Below are positions 1 to 9,905 of a stretch of DNA of 64,000 nucleotides, one piece after another. The stretch is taken from positions 40,867 to 104,866 of the forward strand of contig CAVNZM010000021.1 of NCBI GenBank assembly GCA_963693365.1. Direction: 5' to 3'. The notes under the pieces are model-generated. The model saw nothing but the letters and a program-made list of their open reading frames with translations. It searched no databases and was not told the DNA's origin. Every line of letters begins with the position of its first letter. The stretch's first letter is position 1. The position numbers and the translations under genes are program-made. The DNA is from Amoebidium appalachense. Lineage: Eukaryota; Protista; Ichthyosporea.

Positions 1-107
1 AGGTAGTCGTCCATGTTACCAGGGGGCGGAATGAAAGGACGGGAGCGGGGAGGGGCTTATATACCTGGGACGCACAAGGGATTTGAATTCGTTGTAGACG
101 GCATCTG

Positions 108-362
108 ATGTTTCTACGAAGCCTTCCACAGTTCTATGTAAAGCCCTACCGAGTGGACTTTTTTTTCCCACATGTAAATCTGGTGGTGGAGTGTGATGAG
201 CACAACCACGATGACCGCGACCCGATCTACGAGGAAGAGCGCCAGAACCACATCACCAAGCAATTGGGATGCAGGTGGCTACGATACAACCCACACGCAG
301 AAGACTTTATTGTGTACCGGGTTGTCAGTGATATTTTTGAGTTGGCGATGCTCGTGTTGTAA
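108..362 (+). CDS. DUF559/Vsr-like PD-(D/E)xK endonuclease (probably 5'-truncated)
   Basis: QFYVKPYRVDFFFP..LVVECDEHNH..RD..EEERQ..I..LGCRWLRYNP matches the family pattern. Confidence 0.75.
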   Translation: MFLRSLPQFYVKPYRVDFFFPHVNLVVECDEHNHDDRDPIYEEERQNHITKQLGCRWLRYNPHAEDFIVYRVVSDIFELAMLVL

Positions 363-398
363 CCTTGAAAAATTGACCACACCAAAACTGGTGACTCT

Positions 399-483
399 CA
401 GTAAGGTCGATTTGATTGGTGGAAACGGTGGGTGATGTATGACGTCATCGAGATGAATTCGGCCAATCACATCAACCTTACTG
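399..483. promoter_or_regulatory. Imperfect palindrome with CCAAT-containing 21-bp arms and a central ATGACGTCAT (CRE-like) site
   Basis: cagtaaggtcgatttgattgg (399-419) matches the reverse complement of ccaatcacatcaaccttactg (463-483) at 19/21 positions. Confidence 0.55.
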
Positions 484-640
484 CCAGTAGGATTGAGAAT
501 CGCAAAGCGGTTTGCTGCTCATGAAATTCGTCACGACTTGCCCGTTCGGCAATTTGGCGAAGGTATAAAAGGAGTCGTGCGCGTCTGAATCATTCAGTCC
601 ACCCAAGGAGCCCTTCCAGCAACACGGATCCCGCATCAAC

Positions 641-1775
641 ATGGACAACCCTACCCCAGCCAGCATCAACATGGACAGCCTCGCCAAGCAGTTCCCCATG
701 TTCAAGAACGCCGGTATGCGAGTCGACCAGGCTACCAACAAGGCCAGCGTTCTGGACGCCATCGCGCTGGTGCTGGGGAATCGCAATGCCGCACACAAGG
801 CTTGGCATGACATGAAAATGACCAGTCAGAGCGCCCCAATCGTCAAACCTACCGGCAGTAAGGTTGACTTGATTGGGCAGAACTTACTTGAGTGACATCA
901 TCGACATTCGCCTGCCAGGCATGAGCAAGCCCACCCCGATGGCCCCCTTCAAGACCCTGCTCGAGATCATCTACCTGCTGCCCGGCAAGCGTGCGCACGA
1001 GGTGCGCCGCACCAGCGCGGCGTACATGTCGCGCCTGCTCGCCGGCGACCTGTCGCTCATCGACGACATCGAGGCCCGCTACGCCAACAGCACGCCCGAG
1101 GAGCGCGAGTTCTTCCGTAACGGCGTCGAGGAGACCCCCGAGCGCGCGGCCAAGCGCACGGCCCGCGAGGCGCAGCTGGAGGAGCTGGTGGCCGAGAAGA
1201 CCAAGCTGCTGAAGGTTGCCATGGAGCTGATGGACGAGCAGCGGCTGACCATTGCGCTGCGCAACGGGGCCATCCGCCAGATGCGCGAGCAGATCAACTC
1301 GGACCCCCACACGCTCAACGAGCGCGTGCTGCCCGATGACGTAGGCAAGTGTGCACTGGACGTCGGGTGCGAGGTGCTGCGCGCACGCCTGCTCAACTTT
1401 GCCAACAGCGTGGTGAGTGCGCTGTTCGCAGACCAGACATCAGGCGAGGCGTGGCTGATCCGCAAGTTCGTCAAGGACACCGTCGGTGTGAGCATCTGGG
1501 ACGAGAAGGAGGGGCGCGTGAGCGTGGTGCTTGCCCGCACGGCCTTGCAGGGAGCCATCAAGCGCCGGATCATCGAGGGGTGGAAGCGCAACGTCACCTA
1601 CTGCACGGAGATGACGGTGCTCGAGGCGTACACGGTGCTGAGTAGGGCACGGGACTGGCTGTGCCTGCACATGCCCAAGACGCAGCACACGCACAACTTC
1701 AGCGATGTGGTGGACCTCCTGGAGTCCAAGTACACGGGGGTCCAGCCGCTTGCCATGGAGCCGGCACTCGCTTGA
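641..1775 (+). pseudogene. Bro-N-like DNA-binding protein with coiled coil, one frameshift near 875
   Basis: ORF 641-895 (MRVDQATNKASVLDAI) joins ORF 873-1775 (TPMAPFKTLLEIIYLLPGKRAHEVRR..RLLAGDLSLIDDIE) if one G of GGG at ~875 is removed. The motif resembles giant-virus Bro-like proteins. TATAAAA at 564. Confidence 0.6.
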
Positions 1776-1918
1776 CCTGGGTAGTTTTGGTAGACAAATC
1801 TAGATTAAAGGTCGTTGCCTGTTCCCTGTTGTGTCTGGGTATTTGCAAGCTGTGCCAATGCAAACCCTCTATGAGTTATTGATAATTATTATATAAGGGT
1901 AAATCAGAAACAGGCACC

Positions 1919-2953
1919 ATGGCCTCGAATAAGGAAGGACACAGTATACCAATGCATGTTCAGGTAATCGTAGATAAAGTGCAGAGTATATTAAAGGACC
2001 TCGAAGCCCGGGTCAAACGAGAAGCCTCTGGCACCACACAAGCCATCATCGAAACCTTGTCAAATATGCTACCCCTATTAATAAAGATCGTGGAACCTAG
2101 TTCTATAGAGCTGCTCAAACCTCAAATCGACAATCTTGCAACAGAGTCAACAAACCTCGAGACCGCTCGTAAAGCCCTCGACAGCTTCAGCGATTTGGTC
2201 AGAGAAACCCGAAACGTTGCTCTCGCCAGATTGAGTACCGAAGGGATTACAGACACAGTGAAGAAGGAAACAGCAGCCATTGAAAAGACACTGGGGGATC
2301 TCATGAGTGGTTTTGATAACAACCAGTCCCTCATCGAAGCAATTGGTTTATCAGAAAGTAACAACGTACAGTTGAAGCGAAAATTGGATGAGGTAATACT
2401 CAGCAACAACCCAGGGCCGACACGGACGTCCGCAGCAGACTATCGATACAAACCTAGGGATTCAGATACCTGGATGGCGACATTTGTTGACATCTACAAC
2501 GGAAAGGTGTTCGTCCAAGGGCACTCACCCTGGGTTTTGTGCGATGGGATTATCAGGAGGGCTATTTTTTCTGGCCTGATGGTGTTCCAAGGGGAGACCG
2601 GCACCAACTGCTGGGTACTGAAAATCCCTGGATCAACCAGGTATATAGTCATTCCCCTTCAGCGCTGCAACGCAAAAAAGATCGAGATTTTCGAGGGTGC
2701 GACCTTCTCGGAGACATCAGTAGACGTGCTTCTGTTTGCAGGAGATCCCGACTTTGCTTATGCGTGCATCCTGGCCTACCAACATGCTCTTGCCGGGCTA
2801 TGGACGATAGCACAAGTTACAACAAATTGTTTTGCACAGGCGTATGGTCAAGGAAAGGTGGACGATGTCAAAGTCGCTGACGAAAAGGGAGACGAATTGT
2901 TTGATGATACACAGGCTGTCCATGGCTACATACAGGCATTGCACTCATCCTAA
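1919..2953 (+). CDS. Hypothetical protein, N-terminal coiled coil
   Basis: 344-aa ORF with ATG; TATA-like ttatatataag ~30 bp upstream; heptad-rich N-terminal half and a KRK motif. Confidence 0.7.
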   Translation: MASNKEGHSIPMHVQVIVDKVQSILKDLEARVKREASGTTQAIIETLSNMLPLLIKIVEPSSIELLKPQIDNLATESTNLETARKALDSFSDLVRETRNVALARLSTEGITDTVKKETAAIEKTLGDLMSGFDNNQSLIEAIGLSESNNVQLKRKLDEVILSNNPGPTRTSAADYRYKPRDSDTWMATFVDIYNGKVFVQGHSPWVLCDGIIRRAIFSGLMVFQGETGTNCWVLKIPGSTRYIVIPLQRCNAKKIEIFEGATFSETSVDVLLFAGDPDFAYACILAYQHALAGLWTIAQVTTNCFAQAYGQGKVDDVKVADEKGDELFDDTQAVHGYIQALHSS

Positions 2954-2979
2954 AGGGTCGGCAGGTATATAAGGTCGAC

Positions 2980-4320
2980 GTGTTACATCCAACCTTCACA
3001 TTTCAACGATCCTTTGGAATGAACCAGTGGACGACTGTCGAATCAGCATCCGTGGCCCATGTGCTGACATGCGAACGCATAACATATGCAAACCTGGATC
3101 GCAGCATCACAGGGCTGGGGGTGGTGGATGGTATACTGTACATGGCTGTGGAACACCTTGTCTTCCAAGTCAACGACATCGGGCGTATAACAAACAGAAG
3201 TGCAGATCTCAATCCAGGTAAACGAATCAAAGCGATACGGACTATTGTCCCTTCGGACAGGACACTCGTACATCCCGTCTTGGTAGGCAGGTCTGGGAAC
3301 CCTACCGAGTACATGGTCCTCGACAACTCCTCCCCAGGCACCATTCACGCGCATCAAGTGGGATATGTCGACGATATTCAACAGCTTTACCTTGAGGGCG
3401 GGGTACCGGTATATTCTCCTCGCCCTCCTATGCCCATCCGCGACCTGTCGCCAATGATAGGCGGTGCGTGGTGCTGCAACCACATGTCCACGCGCGGCTA
3501 TCACAAATACAACAGGGAGGAAACCACGAGCTGGATATTCGATACGACCACACAGTGTGTCTTTGAGGTATCGGTACACGGGGTCGGTTATGTAGCGGGG
3601 CCGTTCACCACGGTCCTTGGTGAATCCCAGGCAGCCGTACACATTGCAGTGTCTGGTCCAGTTGTTTTCCTGGCTTCGGGAACCAGCTTGTACCGAATAA
3701 CTCGGCAAACGCTGTTCGGCTATGCCTCTCAACCATCACACCACAGGCGTGTTCTTGTCGAGTTTCCCGGTGGAAGGCACATAAAACTGTTGGATGGCAG
3801 CGTACGTGTGTGCGGGGAACTCCTCTCCCATACAAACGATTTCTTCAGGGTGCTCCTTGGCGCAGCCTACCTCGAGCACACCAAAGGGCCCCGATTGGCA
3901 GTCACCCATCTGGCATTTTACTGTATTCTGCAATATCTTCACCTGGGGAATATCGAACTGCCGCTCGAGGACAAGTTCACGCTCTCCAACCTTCTCCAGC
4001 TCGCCGAATTCGCATGGTTCATTGGGGAGGAGAACCTTAGCCGAGCCACCCTCTATCGTCTTCTGTCCCACAGAAACGGCCCCAACAGGCGCGTCTCGTT
4101 ACACGATGCAGAACCCCCAGACTGGTACGGAGTTTTGGCGCGCATCAACCACGCGAGCCTTCCGGCAGAAGAACTGGCACTGCCGTTTTTCAAGCACATC
4201 TTTGCGCTCCTGCTGCTCCTGAACACGCGTGCGTGCGTGCCCGACAGCGCCCTGCCGGATGAGGTGACGCGCGCGGACCTGTTGTATCTCCACAACACGC
4301 CCTACCGACACATGTATTGA
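2980..4320 (+). CDS. Beta-rich (NHL/propeller-like) N-terminus plus C-terminal BTB/POZ-like domain
   Basis: LLSHTNDFFRVLLG..E....AFYCILQYLHLGNIEL....LLQLAEF resembles a BTB domain. First ATG at 3019; tatataa at 2966. Confidence 0.6.
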   Translation: MLHPTFTFQRSFGMNQWTTVESASVAHVLTCERITYANLDRSITGLGVVDGILYMAVEHLVFQVNDIGRITNRSADLNPGKRIKAIRTIVPSDRTLVHPVLVGRSGNPTEYMVLDNSSPGTIHAHQVGYVDDIQQLYLEGGVPVYSPRPPMPIRDLSPMIGGAWCCNHMSTRGYHKYNREETTSWIFDTTTQCVFEVSVHGVGYVAGPFTTVLGESQAAVHIAVSGPVVFLASGTSLYRITRQTLFGYASQPSHHRRVLVEFPGGRHIKLLDGSVRVCGELLSHTNDFFRVLLGAAYLEHTKGPRLAVTHLAFYCILQYLHLGNIELPLEDKFTLSNLLQLAEFAWFIGEENLSRATLYRLLSHRNGPNRRVSLHDAEPPDWYGVLARINHASLPAEELALPFFKHIFALLLLLNTRACVPDSALPDEVTRADLLYLHNTPYRHMY

Positions 4321-4385
4321 CCATGCGATGCGGTATACCCATGTGCAGCTTTATGGGCTGTGATTTATTTTCTGTTCCACTGGTA

Positions 4386-4802
4386 ATGGGACGTCCTGGC
4401 ATGGAAATATCCTCTATTGACGGCCTGAAAGGTGTGCTCCGGGATTACACGACGCTCCACGCCCAGCTCAAGGAGCAGAGCGCACAAACCAAACCCATCA
4501 GCCGAAAACTGAACACGATAAAGAAGGCCATTCTCAAGTACATGTCCACCGAGAACGTGCGGTCACTGGAACTGCCCACCAAGGACCTGTTGATTCTCCA
4601 CGAGGCCGTCAAGAAGCCCTCGCTGAGCGAGAACTATCTGCGAAAGCAGTTCGAGGTGTACTTCAAGGACACCAAGCAGGCCAACGACCTCCTGGCATTT
4701 CTCTCCGCCGTCCCCGAGGAGGAGGTGGCCACCAAGCAGTCTCTAAAGCACATCGACAAGGACAACTACATCGAAACCGAGTCCGTTGTAGACGAAGAGT
4801 AG
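4386..4802 (+). CDS. DUF5760-like conserved giant-virus protein
   Basis: LRDYTTLHAQLKE..RKLNTIKKAILKYM..ENV....KKPSLSENYL resembles this small NCLDV family. Confidence 0.6.
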   Translation: MGRPGMEISSIDGLKGVLRDYTTLHAQLKEQSAQTKPISRKLNTIKKAILKYMSTENVRSLELPTKDLLILHEAVKKPSLSENYLRKQFEVYFKDTKQANDLLAFLSAVPEEEVATKQSLKHIDKDNYIETESVVDEE

Positions 4803-4855
4803 GGGTGGATTTCTCTTCCCTCTGGCAGGGCAGTTTTATTCAAATAAACACAGGA

Positions 4856-5089
4856 TCACACCATTCCGACCAATCTCAAAGGATATGTCGTAGTCACTGT
4901 CTCCCCCCCAGCCGTAGCCGTCCTGAATGGCAAACCCCACGTGTAGTCCCGCAGGTGGTATTCGGGCTCCCACAGCCCCCTTACTCTTTTTGCTTTTCGC
5001 GTTCTCTTTGCTCGGGCTCGTTTTGCCCGTCGCCGCGCGGCGGCTCGGGTGTTTCTGCAGCACTGCCTCGCCCCGGCCTTCCGTGACAT
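4856..5089 (-). CDS. Small Arg/Lys-rich basic protein
   Basis: MSRKAGARQCCRNTRAAARRRAKRARAKRTRKAKRVRG; fills the gap between neighbouring genes. Confidence 0.5.
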   Translation of the reverse strand: MSRKAGARQCCRNTRAAARRRAKRARAKRTRKAKRVRGLWEPEYHLRDYTWGLPFRTATAGGETVTTTYPLRLVGMV

Positions 5090-5116
5090 TGTATATGCCC
5101 TACACCAAACGCCGCC

Positions 5117-5317
5117 ATGCACTCCTCCGACCCGTTTTCGCCAGCACTACAACAGCGCAAACCACAACACGTTCACACCGACCACAAGGGGAACCCGCAC
5201 TGGCTGAGCAGGTGGCTTCTGCTTGTCTACCTTGCCGTCCACCCCTATGTCCTTGTCTTCGTGCCGCTGCCCGTCCTGCAGTTCTTCCTGAACAGGATGA
5301 TCAAGAAGATCCCGTGA
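5117..5317 (+). CDS. Small membrane protein
   Basis: 66 aa with hydrophobic WLLLVYLAVHPYVLVFVPLPVLQFF. Confidence 0.4.
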   Translation: MHSSDPFSPALQQRKPQHVHTDHKGNPHWLSRWLLLVYLAVHPYVLVFVPLPVLQFFLNRMIKKIP

Positions 5318-5978
5318 GCGTGGTCGTGGTTGGTACCATGCACCTGCCCGGCTCATGCGGCTCCTCCTCCTCCCACGCCTGCAGCTCGTGGTCGGCGCGC
5401 ACGTCGAGCACCTTCCCCTGGAACGCCATCAGGCTGGGTCCGTTGTCCCTCCACCAGTTAGGATCTCGCACCACCTCGTCCACCCTCAGCGACCCGTCGC
5501 GTGGATCGTACTGCACAAAGTCCGCGACGTCCAGGTCCAGCACAAACAGCTGCGTCTGCACCTGCGCCAGGTAGTGTGCCGGGATCTCCTGGCCCTCCGT
5601 GAACCTGCGCCTGTAGGGCACCTTGATCTCCACCACGCGCCCGCAGAACGTCACCCTGTCGGGGCTTGCGCCCAGCCACCGGTGCACGGGATGCCGGACC
5701 AGCCCGAGGGGGAAACACGACCGACCTGTGCTCCGGGCGTACGCGTCGGCGGCCTCGTCCTCGTACCTGTGACCGAAACCCACAAAGACAGGGTCCACGC
5801 AGCGCCTCTCCAGGCCCGCCTTGTGCCGTATGAGGTCCTGGCGGGTCTCGTACGGGTTGACCCCCAGAGCCGCACCCACATCGGACGCAGTGAGCATGCA
5901 TGAGCGTTCCCTGAGCCAGTCCTGCGAGCCCTGCGGATACGGCAGCTCGTGTTGCTTCAGTCGAGCAATGAGATCCAT
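5301..5978 (-). CDS. YqaJ-like viral recombinase / lambda-type alkaline exonuclease
   Basis: QGSQDWLRER..LTASD, FGHRYED.A, WLGASPD, VEIKVP and Y.AQVQ.QL...DFVQY motifs. Confidence 0.92.
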   Translation of the reverse strand: MDLIARLKQHELPYPQGSQDWLRERSCMLTASDVGAALGVNPYETRQDLIRHKAGLERRCVDPVFVGFGHRYEDEAADAYARSTGRSCFPLGLVRHPVHRWLGASPDRVTFCGRVVEIKVPYRRRFTEGQEIPAHYLAQVQTQLFVLDLDVADFVQYDPRDGSLRVDEVVRDPNWWRDNGPSLMAFQGKVLDVRADHELQAWEEEEPHEPGRCMVPTTTTLTGSS

Positions 5979-6006
5979 TGTGACGGGCACTGCCCATCCA
6001 GCTTCT

Positions 6007-6717
6007 TTAATACCCGCGCGCATCCGCCTCCAGGGCGGCCGCAATAGACACGGCTATCCCAATAAACACCTCCCTGCCATTCATGCGGTACCTGCGCCTC
6101 GTGACTATGCCTATCAGACACCCACGCAGGTCCACAAGGGGCCCTCCCGAATTCCCGCGGTCAACGGCCCCGCTGAACACAAGTTCCTGGGTGGAACCCT
6201 GCACATCCAAGAGCGTCCCCACACTGAACTGCACACCCCTGTACCCCGAAGGGAGACCGATGGCCAGGACGGACATGCCAGGGGCAGCGGGGGTTGCATA
6301 GTAGCGACAAAAGCGGTCGTCGTGCATCCCATGTGCGTACACCGAATGGAGGATGGCAAAGTCGTGCTCGGCGCTCCTGTATCGGACAGTGGCGTTGGAT
6401 ACGGTGCCGTCCGGGAACACGACGGCCAGCTGGTCTGGGTGCCTGGTGGGGGGGCCGTGCGCACACGTAAGCACAAACACCCCGTGGCCTGTCCCGTCCG
6501 GTATGTATGTCCCCGATGTCCAACCGACGCCCGTAACCGCATGCGTCACCCTCACAATGTGGCTGTGTGCGAGATGTGCAACATCGGGGTAGCGGTCTAT
6601 GTTGGCCACTCCTTCATAGGCAAACAGCACGCTGCCATCTCCAGAACCGTAGCGGGACAACGTCTGGGCACGTATCTTACACCCAAGAAGAAGCAAGAAC
6701 AGACAAAAGACACGCAT
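6007..6717 (-). CDS. Trypsin-like (S1) serine protease with signal peptide
   Basis: LTCAH, HDFAIL and GNSGGP catalytic-triad motifs; N-terminal MRVFCLFLLLLG. Confidence 0.88.
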   Translation of the reverse strand: MRVFCLFLLLLGCKIRAQTLSRYGSGDGSVLFAYEGVANIDRYPDVAHLAHSHIVRVTHAVTGVGWTSGTYIPDGTGHGVFVLTCAHGPPTRHPDQLAVVFPDGTVSNATVRYRSAEHDFAILHSVYAHGMHDDRFCRYYATPAAPGMSVLAIGLPSGYRGVQFSVGTLLDVQGSTQELVFSGAVDRGNSGGPLVDLRGCLIGIVTRRRYRMNGREVFIGIAVSIAAALEADARGY

Positions 6718-6867
6718 GTTCGCGATCCGCACTTCAGGCCGGACTGGCCGTGCCGGCGCGATCCGGATCGAAGTAAGGAACCCCGCATTTATGCCAGCCA
6801 ATCAGATCGGTCGACCCATGCCGACCAATCGGATCGCGCGCACCGATTCAATTTGATTAGATCCAGA

Positions 6868-7233
6868 TCAAAACTCCGGTTCGGCTACGTCATGGATGTT
6901 TTGGCATGGCCTCCCGGTTTCGCCGGGGCCCACATTGTATCCACACCCTGAAGCCCTCGAGGTGGTGCGCATGGGTGGGTCATACTTGGTGGAGGGGGCG
7001 CTTGGAGATGTGCGCTGCCTGTCATCATAAAAGCGGGAAGGCAGCACGAGGTACTTGGTGCGCCACTGCGCCCTGTACCGATGGCGCCTGCGCTCTCTGT
7101 CGCCGCGCGAGCTACGCCGCTTGGCCGGCCGTCTGTGGGTGTGCCTGCCTGAGCAACGCTTCTTTCCCTTCCGTTTCTTGCAGGTTTTAGCCGTGGAGGA
7201 GTGACGGCGGCGGGTCATGGTTCTTGCATGCAT
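6868..7233 (-). CDS. Arg/Lys-rich protamine-like protein
   Basis: MTRRRHSSTAKTCKKRKGKKRCSGRHTHRRPAKRRSSRGDRERRRHRYR; AAAATG start context. Confidence 0.5.
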   Translation of the reverse strand: MHARTMTRRRHSSTAKTCKKRKGKKRCSGRHTHRRPAKRRSSRGDRERRRHRYRAQWRTKYLVLPSRFYDDRQRTSPSAPSTKYDPPMRTTSRASGCGYNVGPGETGRPCQNIHDVAEPEF

Positions 7234-7404
7234 TTTCGGCGCCGGCGCCCATTTTGCTGCCGAATACGAGCCAATAAAGGCCGTGTGGTTATGGTGAATG
7301 GACGTGGTGGTGCTAGAGGAAAAAAGACTGTGTTTTTTCTTCTGTGTATTACGTGATGTCAAGGAAGCGCGCAACACTGCAATAAACAGCTGTTTTTTGG
7401 TTGC

Positions 7405-8475
7405 TCACTTCGCGCCCGAATACGGGAAGGTCACGCCCTCCCGCATGGTCATGTTGTCGCGGTACGTGTCGGGGTTGATCATGCTGGCCTTCTGCTGGTC
7501 CTCGGCCATGCGCATGCGCTTGAGGCTGTCGTCAAAATCGTCCAGATCCAGCTCGCGCTTGCGGGAGAGCATCGCCGCAAAGTCCGCCGTCGGACGAGCG
7601 TTGATGGCGGCCCCCGACGCCGCAAGCAGCGCGTTGTTCTGCGCCTGCAGGCTGCTGTTGAACGCCTGCACCGACACCTGCTGCTGGAAGTTGCGCATGC
7701 GCGAGTACTCGTCGCGCTCGGCCGCCTCGAACATGGCCATGCGCTGCGAGACGTCCTCCTGCGCCTTGAACCATGGCAGCAGGAAGTTCTTCTCCAACGC
7801 GGCCTCCTGCTCCTTCAGGTGCTCGTTCTCGGCCTGCAGCCGGAAGTACTCGAGCTCGAGCTCCAGCAGGCACTGCTGCAGCAGCTTGATCTCGCGGTCG
7901 CGCTTGAGCACCTCCACCGAGTCCTTGGGGGTGCTCGCCCGCACCAGGTCGGCGAACTGGGCGGCCACCTTGTCGAAGGCGGGGTCCACGCGCGTGACGG
8001 CCTCGGCCATGGTGGCCGGCGGCACGGGGTGCCGTGCGTGCGTGCGGGGCCGGGCCAGCATCATGCTCCGGATGCCCGGGATCATGGCAGAAATGAAACT
8101 CCTCATTTCCATGGCGCTGACATTGGGCATTAGTAAATCGATTTTGCCCTCCGCGTATCTGGCAAAGGCTGGAGTAGCAACCGATGTAGGGCGCACGAAC
8201 ACGTGAGCGAAGAGCGGAAGGTTGAGCACGCGCCAATCCAGGCCAAGCACCACAACTCCCTTGCCCCCTTCATGTCCGATGTCAAGGGGTGTTTTTGGAT
8301 CGTTGGCCAGCCAATGTTGCATGGCAACCAACAAGCATGAGACTGACACTTTGTTCGACTTCTCGATCTCATCCGCCTCCTTTTGGTTGACCTTTTTAGG
8401 GAGCCTTCCAGGGGTTTTATTGGATAGGCGGTTCTTGTATTGTTCGAGATTCAGGGCTGTGACATTGCTTGACAT
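7405..8475 (-). CDS. Hypothetical coiled-coil protein
   Basis: Long ORF with strong GC3 bias in the C-terminal half, E/Q/L heptads and an RKR motif. Confidence 0.7.
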   Translation of the reverse strand: MSSNVTALNLEQYKNRLSNKTPGRLPKKVNQKEADEIEKSNKVSVSCLLVAMQHWLANDPKTPLDIGHEGGKGVVVLGLDWRVLNLPLFAHVFVRPTSVATPAFARYAEGKIDLLMPNVSAMEMRSFISAMIPGIRSMMLARPRTHARHPVPPATMAEAVTRVDPAFDKVAAQFADLVRASTPKDSVEVLKRDREIKLLQQCLLELELEYFRLQAENEHLKEQEAALEKNFLLPWFKAQEDVSQRMAMFEAAERDEYSRMRNFQQQVSVQAFNSSLQAQNNALLAASGAAINARPTADFAAMLSRKRELDLDDFDDSLKRMRMAEDQQKASMINPDTYRDNMTMREGVTFPYSGAK

Positions 8476-8476
8476 T

Positions 8477-9457
8477 CTACCTGTAACACGAAAAATCAGT
8501 GGCATCGACCGGCGACAGCAGCATGCCCTGAATCCATGCCAACATCAGGATATTGGGATACACGGATGCCTTATCCGCTTCTAAACAGCCCGAATCAGTG
8601 ATATTTCTAACTATGATGTTGCCGCCATCCGTTGGATCGCTTGCGGGGTGAGATCTCGTGTCGATGTAGAAACGAGATCCACTCTTTCCCACTGAGCACT
8701 GCGACATCTGCTCATCGATCGTGCGTGCGGCAACCTGAAGGGCTGCAACCAATGCGCCAACCGTCAGGTCTTCAGCCGCAATGAGAAGAATCGCAAACTC
8801 CTCCCAATCGTCCGAATCAAGACAGTCTTGGTAGAAAAGCTCCTTGCAGAGCTCCGTCTCGGCCCCACGCATGGCCGGCCAGTGCACCGTCGCATCGAAG
8901 TACTTCCGGGTCACACACGACGCTTCCGACGCCGTGCTGGCAAGCCCGATGATGGGAATGGTGTACCCAAGCCCAAGCACCAGCACGGAGATGCTCTGCT
9001 CCGTGAGGTTGTGTGCGTCTCGCACCACCAGCACGCCCCCCTTGTCATGCTGCGCAAACCAGTTGAGCGCCGGCAAGTTGTCGCTGTTCAGTAGTTCTCC
9101 CACCGTCAGTACCCAGGGAAACCTTCCTACCCGCCGACACACCGAGAAAACGCAGTGCAGCTTGCCACCACCGGCGGGCCCGTATAGCAGCACCTTCTGA
9201 GCAGCGGCCACATGCGCGTGGGTCGCCGTGACCTCCTCACGGTTCACTAACAGGATCTCCCTAAGGGCTGTATCGGCGCGCCCGAGCCACCCTAGAAGCC
9301 TCTTGCGGTCCTCGGGCGCCAGGACCGGGGGGTTGTCCGCGCCGAGCACCTCGGCGTAGTCCAGGGCCTCGTCGGGCGTGTCGCGGTTTACCACCTTGGT
9401 GCGAAGGTCACGGTTTGCCGCTAAATAGCCCTTGAGTGTGGAAAGGTCGTACGACAT
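8477..9457 (-). CDS. Divergent AAA+ ATPase
   Basis: VLLYGPAGGGK Walker A; VLVVRDAH in place of Walker B; FDATVHWP resembles the post-SRH strand. Confidence 0.65.
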   Translation of the reverse strand: MSYDLSTLKGYLAANRDLRTKVVNRDTPDEALDYAEVLGADNPPVLAPEDRKRLLGWLGRADTALREILLVNREEVTATHAHVAAAQKVLLYGPAGGGKLHCVFSVCRRVGRFPWVLTVGELLNSDNLPALNWFAQHDKGGVLVVRDAHNLTEQSISVLVLGLGYTIPIIGLASTASEASCVTRKYFDATVHWPAMRGAETELCKELFYQDCLDSDDWEEFAILLIAAEDLTVGALVAALQVAARTIDEQMSQCSVGKSGSRFYIDTRSHPASDPTDGGNIIVRNITDSGCLEADKASVYPNILMLAWIQGMLLSPVDATDFSCYR

Positions 9458-9479
9458 ACCGGTTGCCAGGAAAATACCG

Positions 9480-9869
9480 CTAGCGGGGCGCGTTCCACTG
9501 CCACCGTGGCGAAGGGGGCTCCACGGGTGGCTGCTGCTGCATGCGGCGCAGCTCGTCGCCCATGTGCATGACGGCCCAGCGCAGGCGCACGATCTCCCGC
9601 ACAAAGTCGTTGTGGTCGTGCTGCATGTCGGCGAGGCCGTCAATGAGCTCACCCACCTTATCGTACACGGCGTGCAGGTCCTTGCGCATGGCGTCGATCT
9701 CGCGCACGTGCAACTCGACCAGGGACGCCTTGCGATCGTTCTCGTACTCCAGGCGCGCCACGTCCTCCTTCAGCGACCGCACACGCGCGTACACGTCGTT
9801 CCGCATGAACCGGCCTAGCCCGAGGCCCTCGGAGAGAACCGACTGCCGCCGCATACAGGGGGCGGACAT
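9480..9869 (-). CDS. Coiled-coil hypothetical protein
   Basis: VRSLKEDVARLEYEND...heptads; AAAATG start. Confidence 0.6.
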   Translation of the reverse strand: MSAPCMRRQSVLSEGLGLGRFMRNDVYARVRSLKEDVARLEYENDRKASLVELHVREIDAMRKDLHAVYDKVGELIDGLADMQHDHNDFVREIVRLRWAVMHMGDELRRMQQQPPVEPPSPRWQWNAPR

Positions 9870-9905
9870 TTTGTCTTTAATTCGAATTCGTCCATGACCC
9901 ATCGC

